Positions 24,101 to 32,677 of a stretch of DNA of 64,000 nt are shown one piece after another. Origin of the DNA: Phycisphaerae bacterium (GTDB lineage: Bacteria; Planctomycetota; Phycisphaerae; UBA1845; JAFGLZ01). The position numbers were made by a program, and so were the translations under genes. The DNA lies in assembly GCA_016927755.1 (NCBI GenBank), contig JAFGLZ010000104.1:1737-65736 (forward strand), given 5' to 3'. The notes beneath the pieces are model-generated. The model made no database searches, was not told the origin of the DNA, and was given only the letters and a program-made list of their open reading frames with translations. Numbering within the stretch: position 1 is the stretch's first letter; every line of letters begins with the position of its first letter.

Positions 24101-24704
24101 CTTCGATCCACACCGCCGGGACGATCAGCAGCTCGACGGAATCCCAGATGCCGCCCTGGTCCCAAGCGCTGCCGGATCTGTAGGGCAGGGCCTTGTTCCT
24201 GTGCGGCGTCTGACTCAGGACGATCCCGTCGATGGGTTCGTTCGTCGGGTTCAGCACCCGAACGGCCAGGCGGTTCTTCTGGCCCGGTTTGATGACGCCG
24301 GTGACGTCGAAGACGAAGGGGGACTCGCCGCCTTCGTGTGAGCCGATGGGCGTGTCGTTCAGCCAGACGTCGGCCTTGTAGTCGACTTGCCAGAAGCGGA
24401 GCAGCGTGCGTCCGTCGGGATTGGGGTTCGCCGGCGCGTCGAACTCCTTGTAGTACCAAGCGAGGCCGTGGTAGCCGGGGAAGGCGTCCTGGATGATCCA
24501 GGGCACCTTCGTCTGTTTGGCGTCGGGCCTGGGTGAGGTCCACCACTTCTCGTCGCGGCCGACGTTCTTGGGGTCGGTCGCGAGCAGCCATTGGCCGTCG
24601 AGCGAGATAATCGAATCGGCCAAGGCTGCGCCGCCGTACGACAGTTGAGTGATCATGACTGCCACCAATGTCCTTGGGGATCGAAGTTGGTTTCGCACGT
24701 TCAT
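21195..24704 (-). CDS. Large GH2-family glycoside hydrolase with a ~450-aa C-terminal extension
   Basis: Signal peptide. GH2 sugar-binding domain (FPGYHGLAWYYKEF, LLRFWQVDYKADVWLNDTPIGSHEGGESPFVFDVT). TIM-barrel acid/base region RRDRNHPCITMWGLLNET. 1169 aa. Confidence 0.8.
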   Translation of the reverse strand: MNVRNQLRSPRTLVAVMITQLSYGGAALADSIISLDGQWLLATDPKNVGRDEKWWTSPRPDAKQTKVPWIIQDAFPGYHGLAWYYKEFDAPANPNPDGRTLLRFWQVDYKADVWLNDTPIGSHEGGESPFVFDVTGVIKPGQKNRLAVRVLNPTNEPIDGIVLSQTPHRNKALPYRSGSAWDQGGIWDSVELLIVPAVWIEDLFVRPDWKTGQIRVQTNIRNAGAEPIKGHLQLTVASAREGQALSVSMLSPELKAGDTLVETTLKVDDPRLWNLDDPYLYRVTAKVFSARPSQDQPQAGVHEHSVRCGFRDFRLQDGYFRLNGKRIFLRCSHTGNCCPIGLEMPHDPDYLRRDLINQKMMRYNAIRFIAGVPKRYQLDLADEIGLMVYPEAYAGWCLADSPKMKERFNESVLGMIRRDRNHPCITMWGLLNETSDGPVFRHAVSVLPEVRKLDDSRMVMLNSGNWHAQGGGTAGIRVWRNNDRDNPCVTFNGTDHVIKALGITWQPGQIAFHPGQYGEYAVVRWTAPADDKVELSAVYKTIAERATTDLHVMHNGKPLFDGAINVEGKGPEAKFSAAIDVKAGDTLDSVCGWGNKDYGADTTALSVIVKSASGKTWDAEKDFSIKQNPNGAWSYGMLKPGDKPDAGTFALFPFGKTEENFGSVSNPGSDVWEDILSDIHPYQRVPHTANVIQALRTISGNGKPVFMSECGIGSAIDLPRTVRWYEQVGKTEVEDAQLYRSWYDQYMADWQRYRLAEVFDRPEDFFKQSVARMAGQRLLSVNAVRANPNCIGHSITGTLDQGMTAEGIWTTFRELKPGTTDAIFDVWAPLRWCLFVEPMNVYNKTPVRLEAVLANEDVLAPGEYPVRLQVVGPNLARVFEKTITVTIADPKGKPEPPLAFTAFAEDVVIDGPPGKYRFIATFEKGAAACGEEVEFNVDVTPAEMPKVDSEVVLMSHDDALAKWLTERGIKHRPYAPGAQTAREVILCSGKPTADAAVVFKDLAQRIARGSTVIFLTTDTYAKGNDSTGWLPLKTKGKVAGIARWLYHSDEWCKRHPIFDGMQAGGVMDYGYYRELIPDVVFMDIEPPADPVAGGINASWGYQSGLAVAVYKLGAGEFILSTLPIRDNLGKVPQAERLLRNMLRFAGREATKPLADLPADFEARLKAVGY

Positions 24705-24842
24705 GTCCTCGCTAGAGATAGTGACCTCAGACTACGTACACAGATCGGAACGGATCCGGCGGCCAATGCCACTGAGCGCTGGGAAGCGATCAGTGGTTTC
24801 GACCGCGTATTCCACAATGGGCGCGACATCGGCGATCTCCCG

Positions 24843-27800
24843 TCAATAGCCCATCGCCTCGAGTCGCGCCTCGAAATCGGCCGGCACGTCGGCGGGCGGC
24901 TTGACCGCCTCGCGTTCGGCGTGGCGGAGCATGTTTCGCAGCAATCGCTCGGCCACGGGATCGCCTCCGAGGTTCTCCCGAATCCGCAGCGTGTTGAGCG
25001 TGAACCGGCCGGCGCCGAGCTCGTATACGGCAATCGACAGGCCGGAGGCGTACCCCAAGCTCGTGTCGATTGAACCGGCAACCACCTCGACGGGGGGGTC
25101 CTGCCCGGACCAGGCGCGGTTCGAGACGACCTCGCGATAGAACGAATGATCGAGGACGCGGCCCGCGGGCAGACCCTCGAAGATCGGATGGTTCTTCGCC
25201 CAATCGTCCTTGTGGTAGAGCCAGGTGTTCATCGTCTTCAGGCTTGGCTTATTCGCCAGGGGCAGCCATTTCGTCGCGTCGTCGCCGTTTCTGAAGACCT
25301 CGGGGCAGAGGAACACGGCGACGGAGCCTCGGGCGATGTGCCGGGCCAGTTCCCTGAAGGCTTTGGCCTGGCCGGTGGCGGGGCGATTGCCCACGAGAAT
25401 CACTTCCCGTTTGCCCGGCGCGCCCGGCGTGAACGCGCGCGTCTTGATACCGCTCAGATTCAGCCATTTGCCGAGGTCGGCGTCATCGCCCCACAGCACG
25501 ATCTCGGTTTGCACTTTGGGCATCTCGGCGGAGTCGGCCACGTGGAATTCCACGCTTCCTCCGGCCGCGGCCGCGCCTTTCTGGAACGTAGCCAGAAAGC
25601 GGTACTTGCCCGCGGGTCCGTCGATCGGGACGTCCTCGGTGAACGTCGGCAGCGCGAAGGGCGGCTCGGGATTGCTCTTCGGATCGGGAATCCTCACGGT
25701 GATCGTTCGGTCAAACACGGACACGTTGCGAGGCCCGACCACTTGGATTCGGACGGGATAGTCGCCCGGCGTCAGCACGTCTTCGTTGGCCAAGACGGCC
25801 TCCAGCCGTACCTTTCGACCGCGATAGACCTGCACGGGCTCGACGAACAAGCACCAGCGGAGCGGCGCGAAGGCGTCGAACATCGCGTCGATCGCGCCGG
25901 GCTTCAACTCGCGGAAGGTGTCGGCGAGCATGCCCTCGCCCGTCGTGCTCGGGTCCACCAGTCCGGTGATGTTGCAGGCGACCAGATTGGGGTTGGCGCG
26001 GAGCGCGTTGGTGCTCAGTTTGCGCAGATCGGCCATCCAGGCCACACACTGCCGGAAGTAGTCCTCAGGGTTGGCGAAGGTGTCGTCCATGTTCCAGCGG
26101 CGCCAGTCGGCCATGAATCGGTCGAGGAGACCGCGACAGACGGTCGCGTCCTCGCACGACGTGCAGCCCAGTTGCTCGAACCCGCGGGCGAGTCGCGCCA
26201 AGTCGACGGCGCTTCCGATGCCGCCCTCCGAGTGGAATACGGCCTTTCCGCCGCCGAGGGTTCTCAAGGCGTTGATTACGCCGGCATCGTGCGGCAGTTG
26301 CTGGTAGGGGTGCAGGTCGTCGAGCACGTCCTGCCAGGAGGTTGTTCCGGGATTGCTCAGGCTGCCCACCTGCTCGAGTCGGGAGCCGCGGGGGAACGGC
26401 TTGAACGTCTCGGACTTTGGGGTCGGTCCGGGCGGGAGCCAGCCGTAGATCCACGGACCGTTCGGATTGCGGGCCACCGAGTAGTCGGCCGCCGAGTCGC
26501 AGACATTGCCGCCGGGCGACTTGACGACCACGGCCAGGGCGGTTGCATCGGCCGCGTGGCTGCCGTTTCCATAGCCGCAGGCACAATCGATCAGGTCGCC
26601 CTTGCGCACGGCGACCCTCTGCCGAAATCGCGTCCGCGGGCTACCCCCCTTTGCGTTGACGGCGCCGTCGAAGAGCGTCTTGCCGTTGTGGAGCACGTGG
26701 ACGTCGGTGGTGGCCAGCTCATGGGTCGCCGCGAAGTCCGCGGAGAACTCGATGGTTTCGTCGGCCGGCGCCGTCCAGCGGACGACGGCGTATTCGCCTG
26801 ACGGGCCGGGGTGGAAGGACATCTGGCCCGGGGTCCATGTTTCTCCCTCGCGGCGGATGGTCCGCTTGGTACCGTTGCGGGCGACGGAGGGCAGGTCGCG
26901 GTCAGCGGGTTGCCACAACTCCAAGCCGGCCGGACCGCCGCCGCGCGTATGCCAGTTACCGCTGTTGAGCAACACGACACGCGTATCGTCGAGCTCGCGG
27001 ACCAACGGCAGCGCGTCGACGCCCTGGTCGAAGACGGGCCCTCTGGTTGTCTCGTTGAGCACGCCCCACATGACAATGCTGGGATGGTTTCTGTCGCGCT
27101 TGACCATTGCCCGGACGGCTCGCCGGAATCGCTCGGACAGCTTCGGCGAGGGTTCCATCCTCCAGGCGGCGCAGCTCTCTTGATATACCAGCAGGCCGAT
27201 CTCGTCGCACAATTCGAGCTGATAGCGCGGCGTCTGCCCGCCGAAGGAGCGGATCATGTTATGCCTGGTGACCTTGCAGTTCAGCAGGTCGCGCCGAGGC
27301 AAGTCGGGATCATGCGCGACGAAGATGCCGATCGGGGCGCGGGCATCGGTCTGGGAGCTCTTGAGGAAGATCCGCCGGCCGTTGAGCCGGAAGTAGCCGT
27401 CTTGAAAGCGGAAGTCGCGGAATCCGCAGCGTGCGGACTGCTCGTCGAATGAGGATGAGGAATCCGTGCCTGCCCGCACCGTTACGCGATACAGATAGGG
27501 ATCGTTGAGCTCCCAGAGATGGGGATTCTCCACGTTCAGGTCGGCTTCGATCAGCGTGTCGCCGGGCGGCAGTTCGCGATCGACCCGGACTGCGCTTAGA
27601 GTCTCTCCTCCGACGGCGGGGGAGACGGCAAAGGCGACGCGTCCTTTGGCCGGTTCGTTGCCCGCGTTGCGGAGGTTGGCCTCAATGCGGATCCGTCCGG
27701 TTTTGGGGTCGGGTCGAACGTACAGGTCTTCGATTCGGACCGCGGGAGCGATGAGCAGTTCGACGGAATCGGTGATGCCGCCGTAGTTGAGGGCAAGGCC

Positions 27801-28331
27801 TGGGGAGCAGGGGATGCCCCTGGCCCACATGGGCGTCTCCCGCAACCGGATCCCGTCGATCGGATCATTCGTTGGGTTGAGCACCCTTACGGCGACGCGG
27901 TTAACCGCGCGGGGCCTGATTGCGTCGGTTACGTCCAGGACAAACGGCTCTCCGGCGCCTTCGTGTTGACCCGCGTGCACGCCGTTGAGCCACACGTCGG
28001 CCAGGTAATCGACCTGCCAGAATCGCAGCAGATAGCGACCTTGGGGATGGGGGTTGGCCGGCGGGGTGAAGTCGCGCCAGTACCATGCGACGCCGTGGTA
28101 GCCGGGGAAGACGGCTTGGATGATCCAGGGCACCTTGGTCGGCCTGGCGTCGGGCCTTGGCGCGGTCCACCACTTGCCATCGCGTCCGGCGTTCTGGGAG
28201 TCCGTCGCCAGCAGCCACTGCCGGTCGAGGGAAATGACGGCGTCGGCCGATGCGCCGCTGCCATAGGACAGTTGGGAGATCATGACTGCCACCAATGCCT
28301 TGGCGCACGGCAATTGGTTTCGCACTCTCAT
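24843..28331 (-). CDS. Paralogous GH2-family glycoside hydrolase (tandem duplicate)
   Basis: Collinear with 21195..24704 over the whole length: FPGYHGVAWYWRDF, LLRFWQVDYLADVWLNGVHAGQHEGAGEPFVLDVT, KRDRNHPSIVMWGVLNET, and identical C-terminal FEARLxAxGY. Confidence 0.8.
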   Translation of the reverse strand: MRVRNQLPCAKALVAVMISQLSYGSGASADAVISLDRQWLLATDSQNAGRDGKWWTAPRPDARPTKVPWIIQAVFPGYHGVAWYWRDFTPPANPHPQGRYLLRFWQVDYLADVWLNGVHAGQHEGAGEPFVLDVTDAIRPRAVNRVAVRVLNPTNDPIDGIRLRETPMWARGIPCSPGLALNYGGITDSVELLIAPAVRIEDLYVRPDPKTGRIRIEANLRNAGNEPAKGRVAFAVSPAVGGETLSAVRVDRELPPGDTLIEADLNVENPHLWELNDPYLYRVTVRAGTDSSSSFDEQSARCGFRDFRFQDGYFRLNGRRIFLKSSQTDARAPIGIFVAHDPDLPRRDLLNCKVTRHNMIRSFGGQTPRYQLELCDEIGLLVYQESCAAWRMEPSPKLSERFRRAVRAMVKRDRNHPSIVMWGVLNETTRGPVFDQGVDALPLVRELDDTRVVLLNSGNWHTRGGGPAGLELWQPADRDLPSVARNGTKRTIRREGETWTPGQMSFHPGPSGEYAVVRWTAPADETIEFSADFAATHELATTDVHVLHNGKTLFDGAVNAKGGSPRTRFRQRVAVRKGDLIDCACGYGNGSHAADATALAVVVKSPGGNVCDSAADYSVARNPNGPWIYGWLPPGPTPKSETFKPFPRGSRLEQVGSLSNPGTTSWQDVLDDLHPYQQLPHDAGVINALRTLGGGKAVFHSEGGIGSAVDLARLARGFEQLGCTSCEDATVCRGLLDRFMADWRRWNMDDTFANPEDYFRQCVAWMADLRKLSTNALRANPNLVACNITGLVDPSTTGEGMLADTFRELKPGAIDAMFDAFAPLRWCLFVEPVQVYRGRKVRLEAVLANEDVLTPGDYPVRIQVVGPRNVSVFDRTITVRIPDPKSNPEPPFALPTFTEDVPIDGPAGKYRFLATFQKGAAAAGGSVEFHVADSAEMPKVQTEIVLWGDDADLGKWLNLSGIKTRAFTPGAPGKREVILVGNRPATGQAKAFRELARHIARGSVAVFLCPEVFRNGDDATKWLPLANKPSLKTMNTWLYHKDDWAKNHPIFEGLPAGRVLDHSFYREVVSNRAWSGQDPPVEVVAGSIDTSLGYASGLSIAVYELGAGRFTLNTLRIRENLGGDPVAERLLRNMLRHAEREAVKPPADVPADFEARLEAMGY

Positions 28332-28430
28332 GTCCTCCGTTAGGATGTTGCCTGCCGTCCGTGCCCGGATCGTGTCTGAAGAGGCAAGGGCGCTGGCCGA
28401 GGCGCGACCCGGCGGCTGAGAACATGCCGC

Positions 28431-28463
28431 TTGACACGCGGCGGGACGATATTATCATATAAT
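28431..28463 (+). promoter_or_regulatory. Candidate sigma70-like promoter elements within an AT-rich near-palindrome
   Basis: Exact TTGACA at 28431-28436 and exact TATAAT at 28458-28463. The spacer is 21 nt, longer than the canonical 17. TATAAT sits in the AT-rich stretch gatattatcatataatatgtttatat, which contains the near-palindrome CATATAATATG. About 200 nt upstream of the ATG at 28663. Confidence 0.3.
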
Positions 28464-28662
28464 ATGTTTATATCCGTCAACAGGCGAGTTGCCGAAAGTG
28501 AGTGGGATACGGCCAGGGGCGATCGGATGGGCGGCGAGAGCGGCCTGAAGTAGGTCTTAAGTGGCTACTTAGAAAACACTTATGCCCTAGGTTGGGAGCC
28601 GGACTCTGGGGCTGTGGTCTGTCACGGCTCCGTTTTCTGAACCCATGTGAGGTGCTACGGAC

Positions 28663-29637
28663 ATGATCAAGGTCGCGGTGACGGACTACACGTTCGATTC
28701 GCTGGACATCGAGAGCGGCATCCTCGCCCCGCTCGGGTGTGAGGTCGTTGGCCGCCGGTGCAAGACGCCGGCCGAGCTGATCGAGCTCGTCGCCGACGCA
28801 GACCACGTCATCACGCAGTTCGCTCCGGTCAGTGCCGACGTCATCAAGGCGATGCAGAAGGCGCATGTCATTGTGCGATACGGCATCGGCGTCGACAACG
28901 TCGATCTCGACGCGGCGCGGGCCAAGGGCATCCCGGTCTGCAACGTGCCGGACTACTGCATTGATGAGGTGGCGGATCACACGCTGGCGTTCATTCTGGC
29001 CCTGACGCGCCAAGTCGTGGTGAACTGCGTTGACGTGCGGGCCGGCAACTGGCGGTTGTCCGTGCCGCTGCCCGCCATGAAGACGCTGCGGGACATGATC
29101 GTCGGCGTGGTCGGGTTCGGGCGGATCGGTAGGGAGGTCTGTCGGCGGCTCTCGGCTTTTAAGTGCCGGGTGCTGGTGTCCGACCCGTTCGTACCGGCCG
29201 GTGAAATTGAGAGTCTCGGCTACGTCCCCGCGGGTCGGGAGCGCATCTTCGTCGAGAGCGACATCGTCACGCTCCACTGTCCGTCGACGCCCGAGACCGT
29301 GAAGATGATCAACGCCGAGTCCATCGCGAAGATGAAGCAGGGCGCCCTTCTGGTCAACGTCGGACGTGGGAACCTCGTGGTGACGTCCGCTCTTGTTGAT
29401 GCCCTGCGGCGAGGCCATCTCGCCGGCGCGGCCCTGGACGTATGCGATCCGGAGCCGATCCCCGCGGACAGCCCGCTTCGGCAGATGGACAACGTCGTCG
29501 TGGCCGCTCACGTTGCGTCGACCAGCGTCAAGGCCGTTCGGATACTGCGGGAATCCGCCGCCGGCATTGTCGCGCGTGCGGTCCGGGGCGAGCCGTTGCC
29601 CAACATTGTCAACGGCGTGGGGAGAAACGCATCGTGA
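28663..29637 (+). CDS. D-isomer-specific 2-hydroxyacid dehydrogenase family protein
   Basis: NAD motif VGVVGFGRIGREV. Family blocks LLVNVGRGNLV and GAALDVCDPEP. The stop overlaps the next start (GTGA). Confidence 0.85.
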   Translation: MIKVAVTDYTFDSLDIESGILAPLGCEVVGRRCKTPAELIELVADADHVITQFAPVSADVIKAMQKAHVIVRYGIGVDNVDLDAARAKGIPVCNVPDYCIDEVADHTLAFILALTRQVVVNCVDVRAGNWRLSVPLPAMKTLRDMIVGVVGFGRIGREVCRRLSAFKCRVLVSDPFVPAGEIESLGYVPAGRERIFVESDIVTLHCPSTPETVKMINAESIAKMKQGALLVNVGRGNLVVTSALVDALRRGHLAGAALDVCDPEPIPADSPLRQMDNVVVAAHVASTSVKAVRILRESAAGIVARAVRGEPLPNIVNGVGRNAS

Positions 29638-30710
29638 CAGCGACCACGCGGGTATCCCAAGAGAGTCTGGAGACCTTCTGCGTCGATGCCCTGCTGAAGA
29701 CCGGCATGCGCGAGGGCGACGCGAGGATCGCGGTCGACGTCCTGGTCACCACCGACCTGATGGGCGTCTTCACGCACGGGACGAAGAATCTCCAGAAGTA
29801 CGTCAGACGCCTCCGCGCGGGCGGTCTGGACCCCAAGGCCACGCCGGAGGTGGTCAAGCAAGGTCCGTCCTGGGCCGTGATCGACGGTCACGCCGCGCTG
29901 GCCATGGTCACCGCCTGCTTGGCGATGAAGACCGCCATCGCCAAGGCCGAGGCGACGGGCGTGGCCTACGTCGGCGCGCGCAACAGCGGTCACTTCGGCG
30001 CGGCGGGGTATTACCCGCTGATGGCGGCCCGTGCCGACATGATCGGGCTGTCGATGTGCAACGACGTGCCCAGCATGACGGTGCCGGGCGCGCGGGGTCA
30101 CATCCTGGGCACGAACCCCCTGGCCATCGGCATCCCGGCGGGGCAGGAGAACCCGATCCTGCTGGACATCGCGATGAGCACCGTGGCGGGCAGCAAGGTG
30201 TATCAGGCCATCAGCCAGGGCAGGCCCATCCCGAATACGTGGATCGTGGACGGCGACGGCCTGCCGACCACCGACGGAAGCGTCTATCCGCACAGCGCGT
30301 CGATGCTGCCCATGGCGGGGCACAAGGGATACGGAATCGCCCTGTTCATTGAGATCCTCTCGGGCCTGGTGAGCGGGGCGTGCTGCCGAAGCGAGGTCGG
30401 AAGCTGGATCTTCGGCGACCCCTCGATCCCGACCGGGCACGGGCACGCGTTCGTCGTGATCAACGTTGGGGCCATCGAGCCGATCGAGCGTTTCAAGGAC
30501 CGCGTCGATCACATGATCCGCGAGATCCGTGAATCGCCGAAGGCCAAGGGGTCCGAGCGGATCTTTATGCCCGGGGAGATGGAGTTCGGGCGCATGGAGC
30601 AGGCCAAGGCGCAGGGGATCCCCTTACCGTCCGACGTCATGGAGAGCCTGTTCGCCCTCGCCGAGGAACTGGGGTTGGATGCGTCCGTCCTGTCCGGATC
30701 GAAGACGTAA
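29634..30710 (+). CDS. Ldh_2-family (malate / L-lactate / sulfolactate / ureidoglycolate-type) dehydrogenase
   Basis: TDLMGVFTHGT, ARNSGHFGAAGYY, MAGHKGYGIAL. In-frame GTG start at 29634 with GGGGAGAAA upstream. The ORF-track start at 29442 would overlap the preceding gene by ~200 nt. Confidence 0.8.
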   Translation: MTATTRVSQESLETFCVDALLKTGMREGDARIAVDVLVTTDLMGVFTHGTKNLQKYVRRLRAGGLDPKATPEVVKQGPSWAVIDGHAALAMVTACLAMKTAIAKAEATGVAYVGARNSGHFGAAGYYPLMAARADMIGLSMCNDVPSMTVPGARGHILGTNPLAIGIPAGQENPILLDIAMSTVAGSKVYQAISQGRPIPNTWIVDGDGLPTTDGSVYPHSASMLPMAGHKGYGIALFIEILSGLVSGACCRSEVGSWIFGDPSIPTGHGHAFVVINVGAIEPIERFKDRVDHMIREIRESPKAKGSERIFMPGEMEFGRMEQAKAQGIPLPSDVMESLFALAEELGLDASVLSGSKT

Positions 30711-30786
30711 GAGCGGTCCGCGACCGCGAATTGTCTCGTGACGGATCGGTACACGACGTTTTGCCTGGCATGCCAGGAGTGGTGCG

Positions 30787-31824
30787 ATGACTTCACGCAA
30801 GAAGGCCGTCTTCTTCGGCGAGCTGCTGATGCGGCTGGCGACCAAGCGGCATGAGCGCTTCGTCCAGGCCGAGGAGCTCACCGTCGGCTACACCGGCGCC
30901 GAGGCGAACGCCGCCGTCTCGCTGGTGAACTTCGGCATGGATGCCCACGTGGTCTCGAGCGTTCCCGACAACGAGATCGGCCAGGCTTGTGTTAACTGGA
31001 TTCGCCGCTTCGGTGTGAATACGGATTACGTCAAGCGGGGCGGGCGGCGGTTGGGTACGTTCTATCTAGAGACCGGCGCTTCGCAGCGCCCCTCGAAGGT
31101 CATCTATGACCGGGCCGGCAGCAGCATCACCGAGTTGCAGGTCGGCGAGATCGACTGGGATACCGTCTTTCAGGGCAAGGACTGGTTCCACTTTTGCGGG
31201 ACCGCGCCGGCCCTGGGCGAGAACGTCGCCGAGGTCGTCAAAGAGGGCTGCGAGCGGGCCAAGGAACACGGCCTGACCGTCAGTTGCGACCTGAACTACC
31301 GCAAGACGCTATGGCCGCCGGACCGGGCCGGGCGCGTGATGACGGGGTTGATGGAGTTCGTCGACGTCCTGATCGCCAACGAGGAGCACAGCCGGGAGCT
31401 CTTCGGCATCACAAGAAGGTGTCAGGAACCTTCTACGAAAAAGGTTCCTGACACCTTTTTTTGGGACGAAGACGTTGCGCGGCAGCTTTGCGCGCGGTTC
31501 GGGCTGAGGTGCGGCGCGATCACGCGTCGGCAGGGGGATTCCGCGTCAGACACGGTCTGGTCGGCGGTGCTGTGTGACGGGACCTCCTGTTATCGCGGCA
31601 AGGAGTATCGGATCCACGTCGTGGATCGCGTTGGGGGCGGCGACGCCTTCTCCGGGGCGCTGATCTACGGACTGCTGTCGGGCATGGCGCCTCAGGAGAC
31701 GGTCGATTTCGCCGTCGCGGCGTCGTGTTTGAAGCACTCCGTTCACGGCGACTTCAATCTCGTTTCGCTGGACGAGGTCCGGGCCTTGATGGCGGGGGAT
31801 GCGGCCGGGCGCGTGCAGAGATAG
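30787..31824 (+). CDS. kdgK: PfkB-family 2-dehydro-3-deoxygluconokinase
   Basis: FFGELLMRL...GYTGAEANAAVSLVNFG, DVLIANEEH, DSASDTVWSAVL, VVDRVGGGDAFSGALIYGLL (long-form KDG kinase pattern). Directly upstream of eda. Confidence 0.8.
   Translation: MTSRKKAVFFGELLMRLATKRHERFVQAEELTVGYTGAEANAAVSLVNFGMDAHVVSSVPDNEIGQACVNWIRRFGVNTDYVKRGGRRLGTFYLETGASQRPSKVIYDRAGSSITELQVGEIDWDTVFQGKDWFHFCGTAPALGENVAEVVKEGCERAKEHGLTVSCDLNYRKTLWPPDRAGRVMTGLMEFVDVLIANEEHSRELFGITRRCQEPSTKKVPDTFFWDEDVARQLCARFGLRCGAITRRQGDSASDTVWSAVLCDGTSCYRGKEYRIHVVDRVGGGDAFSGALIYGLLSGMAPQETVDFAVAASCLKHSVHGDFNLVSLDEVRALMAGDAAGRVQR
31413..31462 (+). other. Perfect 17-bp stem-loop followed by a T7 run, translated in frame inside kdgK
   Basis: AAGGTGTCAGGAACCTT (31416-31432), loop ctacgaaa, AAGGTTCCTGACACCTT (31441-31457), then ttttt tt. 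It encodes ...TRRCQEPSTKKVPDTFFW... using AGA, AGG, AAA and TTT codons that are atypical for this window. Confidence 0.85.
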
Positions 31825-31838
31825 GAGGGATACGTTTG

Positions 31839-32477
31839 ATGACGGCTGGCTCGAACATCACGGATCGGATCTGCGACATCGGCGTCGTGCCGGTCTTTCG
31901 GACCGATCGAACGGACCGGCTCCTCCCGGCGGCCAAGGCGTATCATGAGGGCGGCATGCACGTCATCGAGTTCACGATGACGATGCCCGAGGCGCTCGCG
32001 TCGATCGAGAAGGGGCGATCCGAGCTGCCCGACGACGCGACGCTCGGCGCGGGGACCGTGCTGGACGCCGAGACGGCCCGCCTCGCGATCCTGGCCGGGG
32101 CCCAGTTCATCGTTTCGCCGGGCCTGGCGCCGAAGGTCGTCGAGATGTGCCACCGATACGGCGTCCCCGTCGTTCCGGGGGCGATGACGCCGTCGGAGAT
32201 CATGCAGGCGCTGGAGCTTGGCGTCGACGTCATCAAGGTCTTCCCCGCGAACATCGGCCTGCCGTACTTCGCCGATCTGGTCGCGCCGTTCCCCCAAGTG
32301 CGGTTTATGGCCGCCGGGGGACCCATCCCGCCGGAGCTGGCCAAGCAGTATTACGCCGCCGGGGCGAGCGTCGTGACCGTCGCGGGCCAGGGATTGGACA
32401 AGGAGGCGTTCGAGACGGGCGACTTCGGCAAGCTGACGGCGGTCGTCCGCAAGTATCTTGCGGACTTGCGCGCCTGA
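31839..32477 (+). CDS. eda: KDPG/KHG aldolase
   Basis: VVPVFR..., HVIEFTMT, LGAGTVLD, FIVSPG, VVPGAMTPSEI, IKVFPA. ATG at 31839 with AGGAGG upstream. The ORF-track start at 31725 overlaps kdgK. Confidence 0.85.
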   Translation: MTAGSNITDRICDIGVVPVFRTDRTDRLLPAAKAYHEGGMHVIEFTMTMPEALASIEKGRSELPDDATLGAGTVLDAETARLAILAGAQFIVSPGLAPKVVEMCHRYGVPVVPGAMTPSEIMQALELGVDVIKVFPANIGLPYFADLVAPFPQVRFMAAGGPIPPELAKQYYAAGASVVTVAGQGLDKEAFETGDFGKLTAVVRKYLADLRA

Positions 32478-32677
32478 GTTGCTTTCATGGGAGATTGAAC
32501 GGTAGGTGGGAAGGGACCTCCATCCGGGTGGCCCTTGGCTTCAGGCTTGGCAGATGCGAATTCCCGATCGAATTCGTGTCCCCCACCTCTGAAGAGGTGG
32601 GCCACCCAAGGTTCGTTAGCTGTCCGGACGCTTTCGCAGGCAGCTCAGTGGTCCCATCGCAAGGAGCGGAACCCGTC

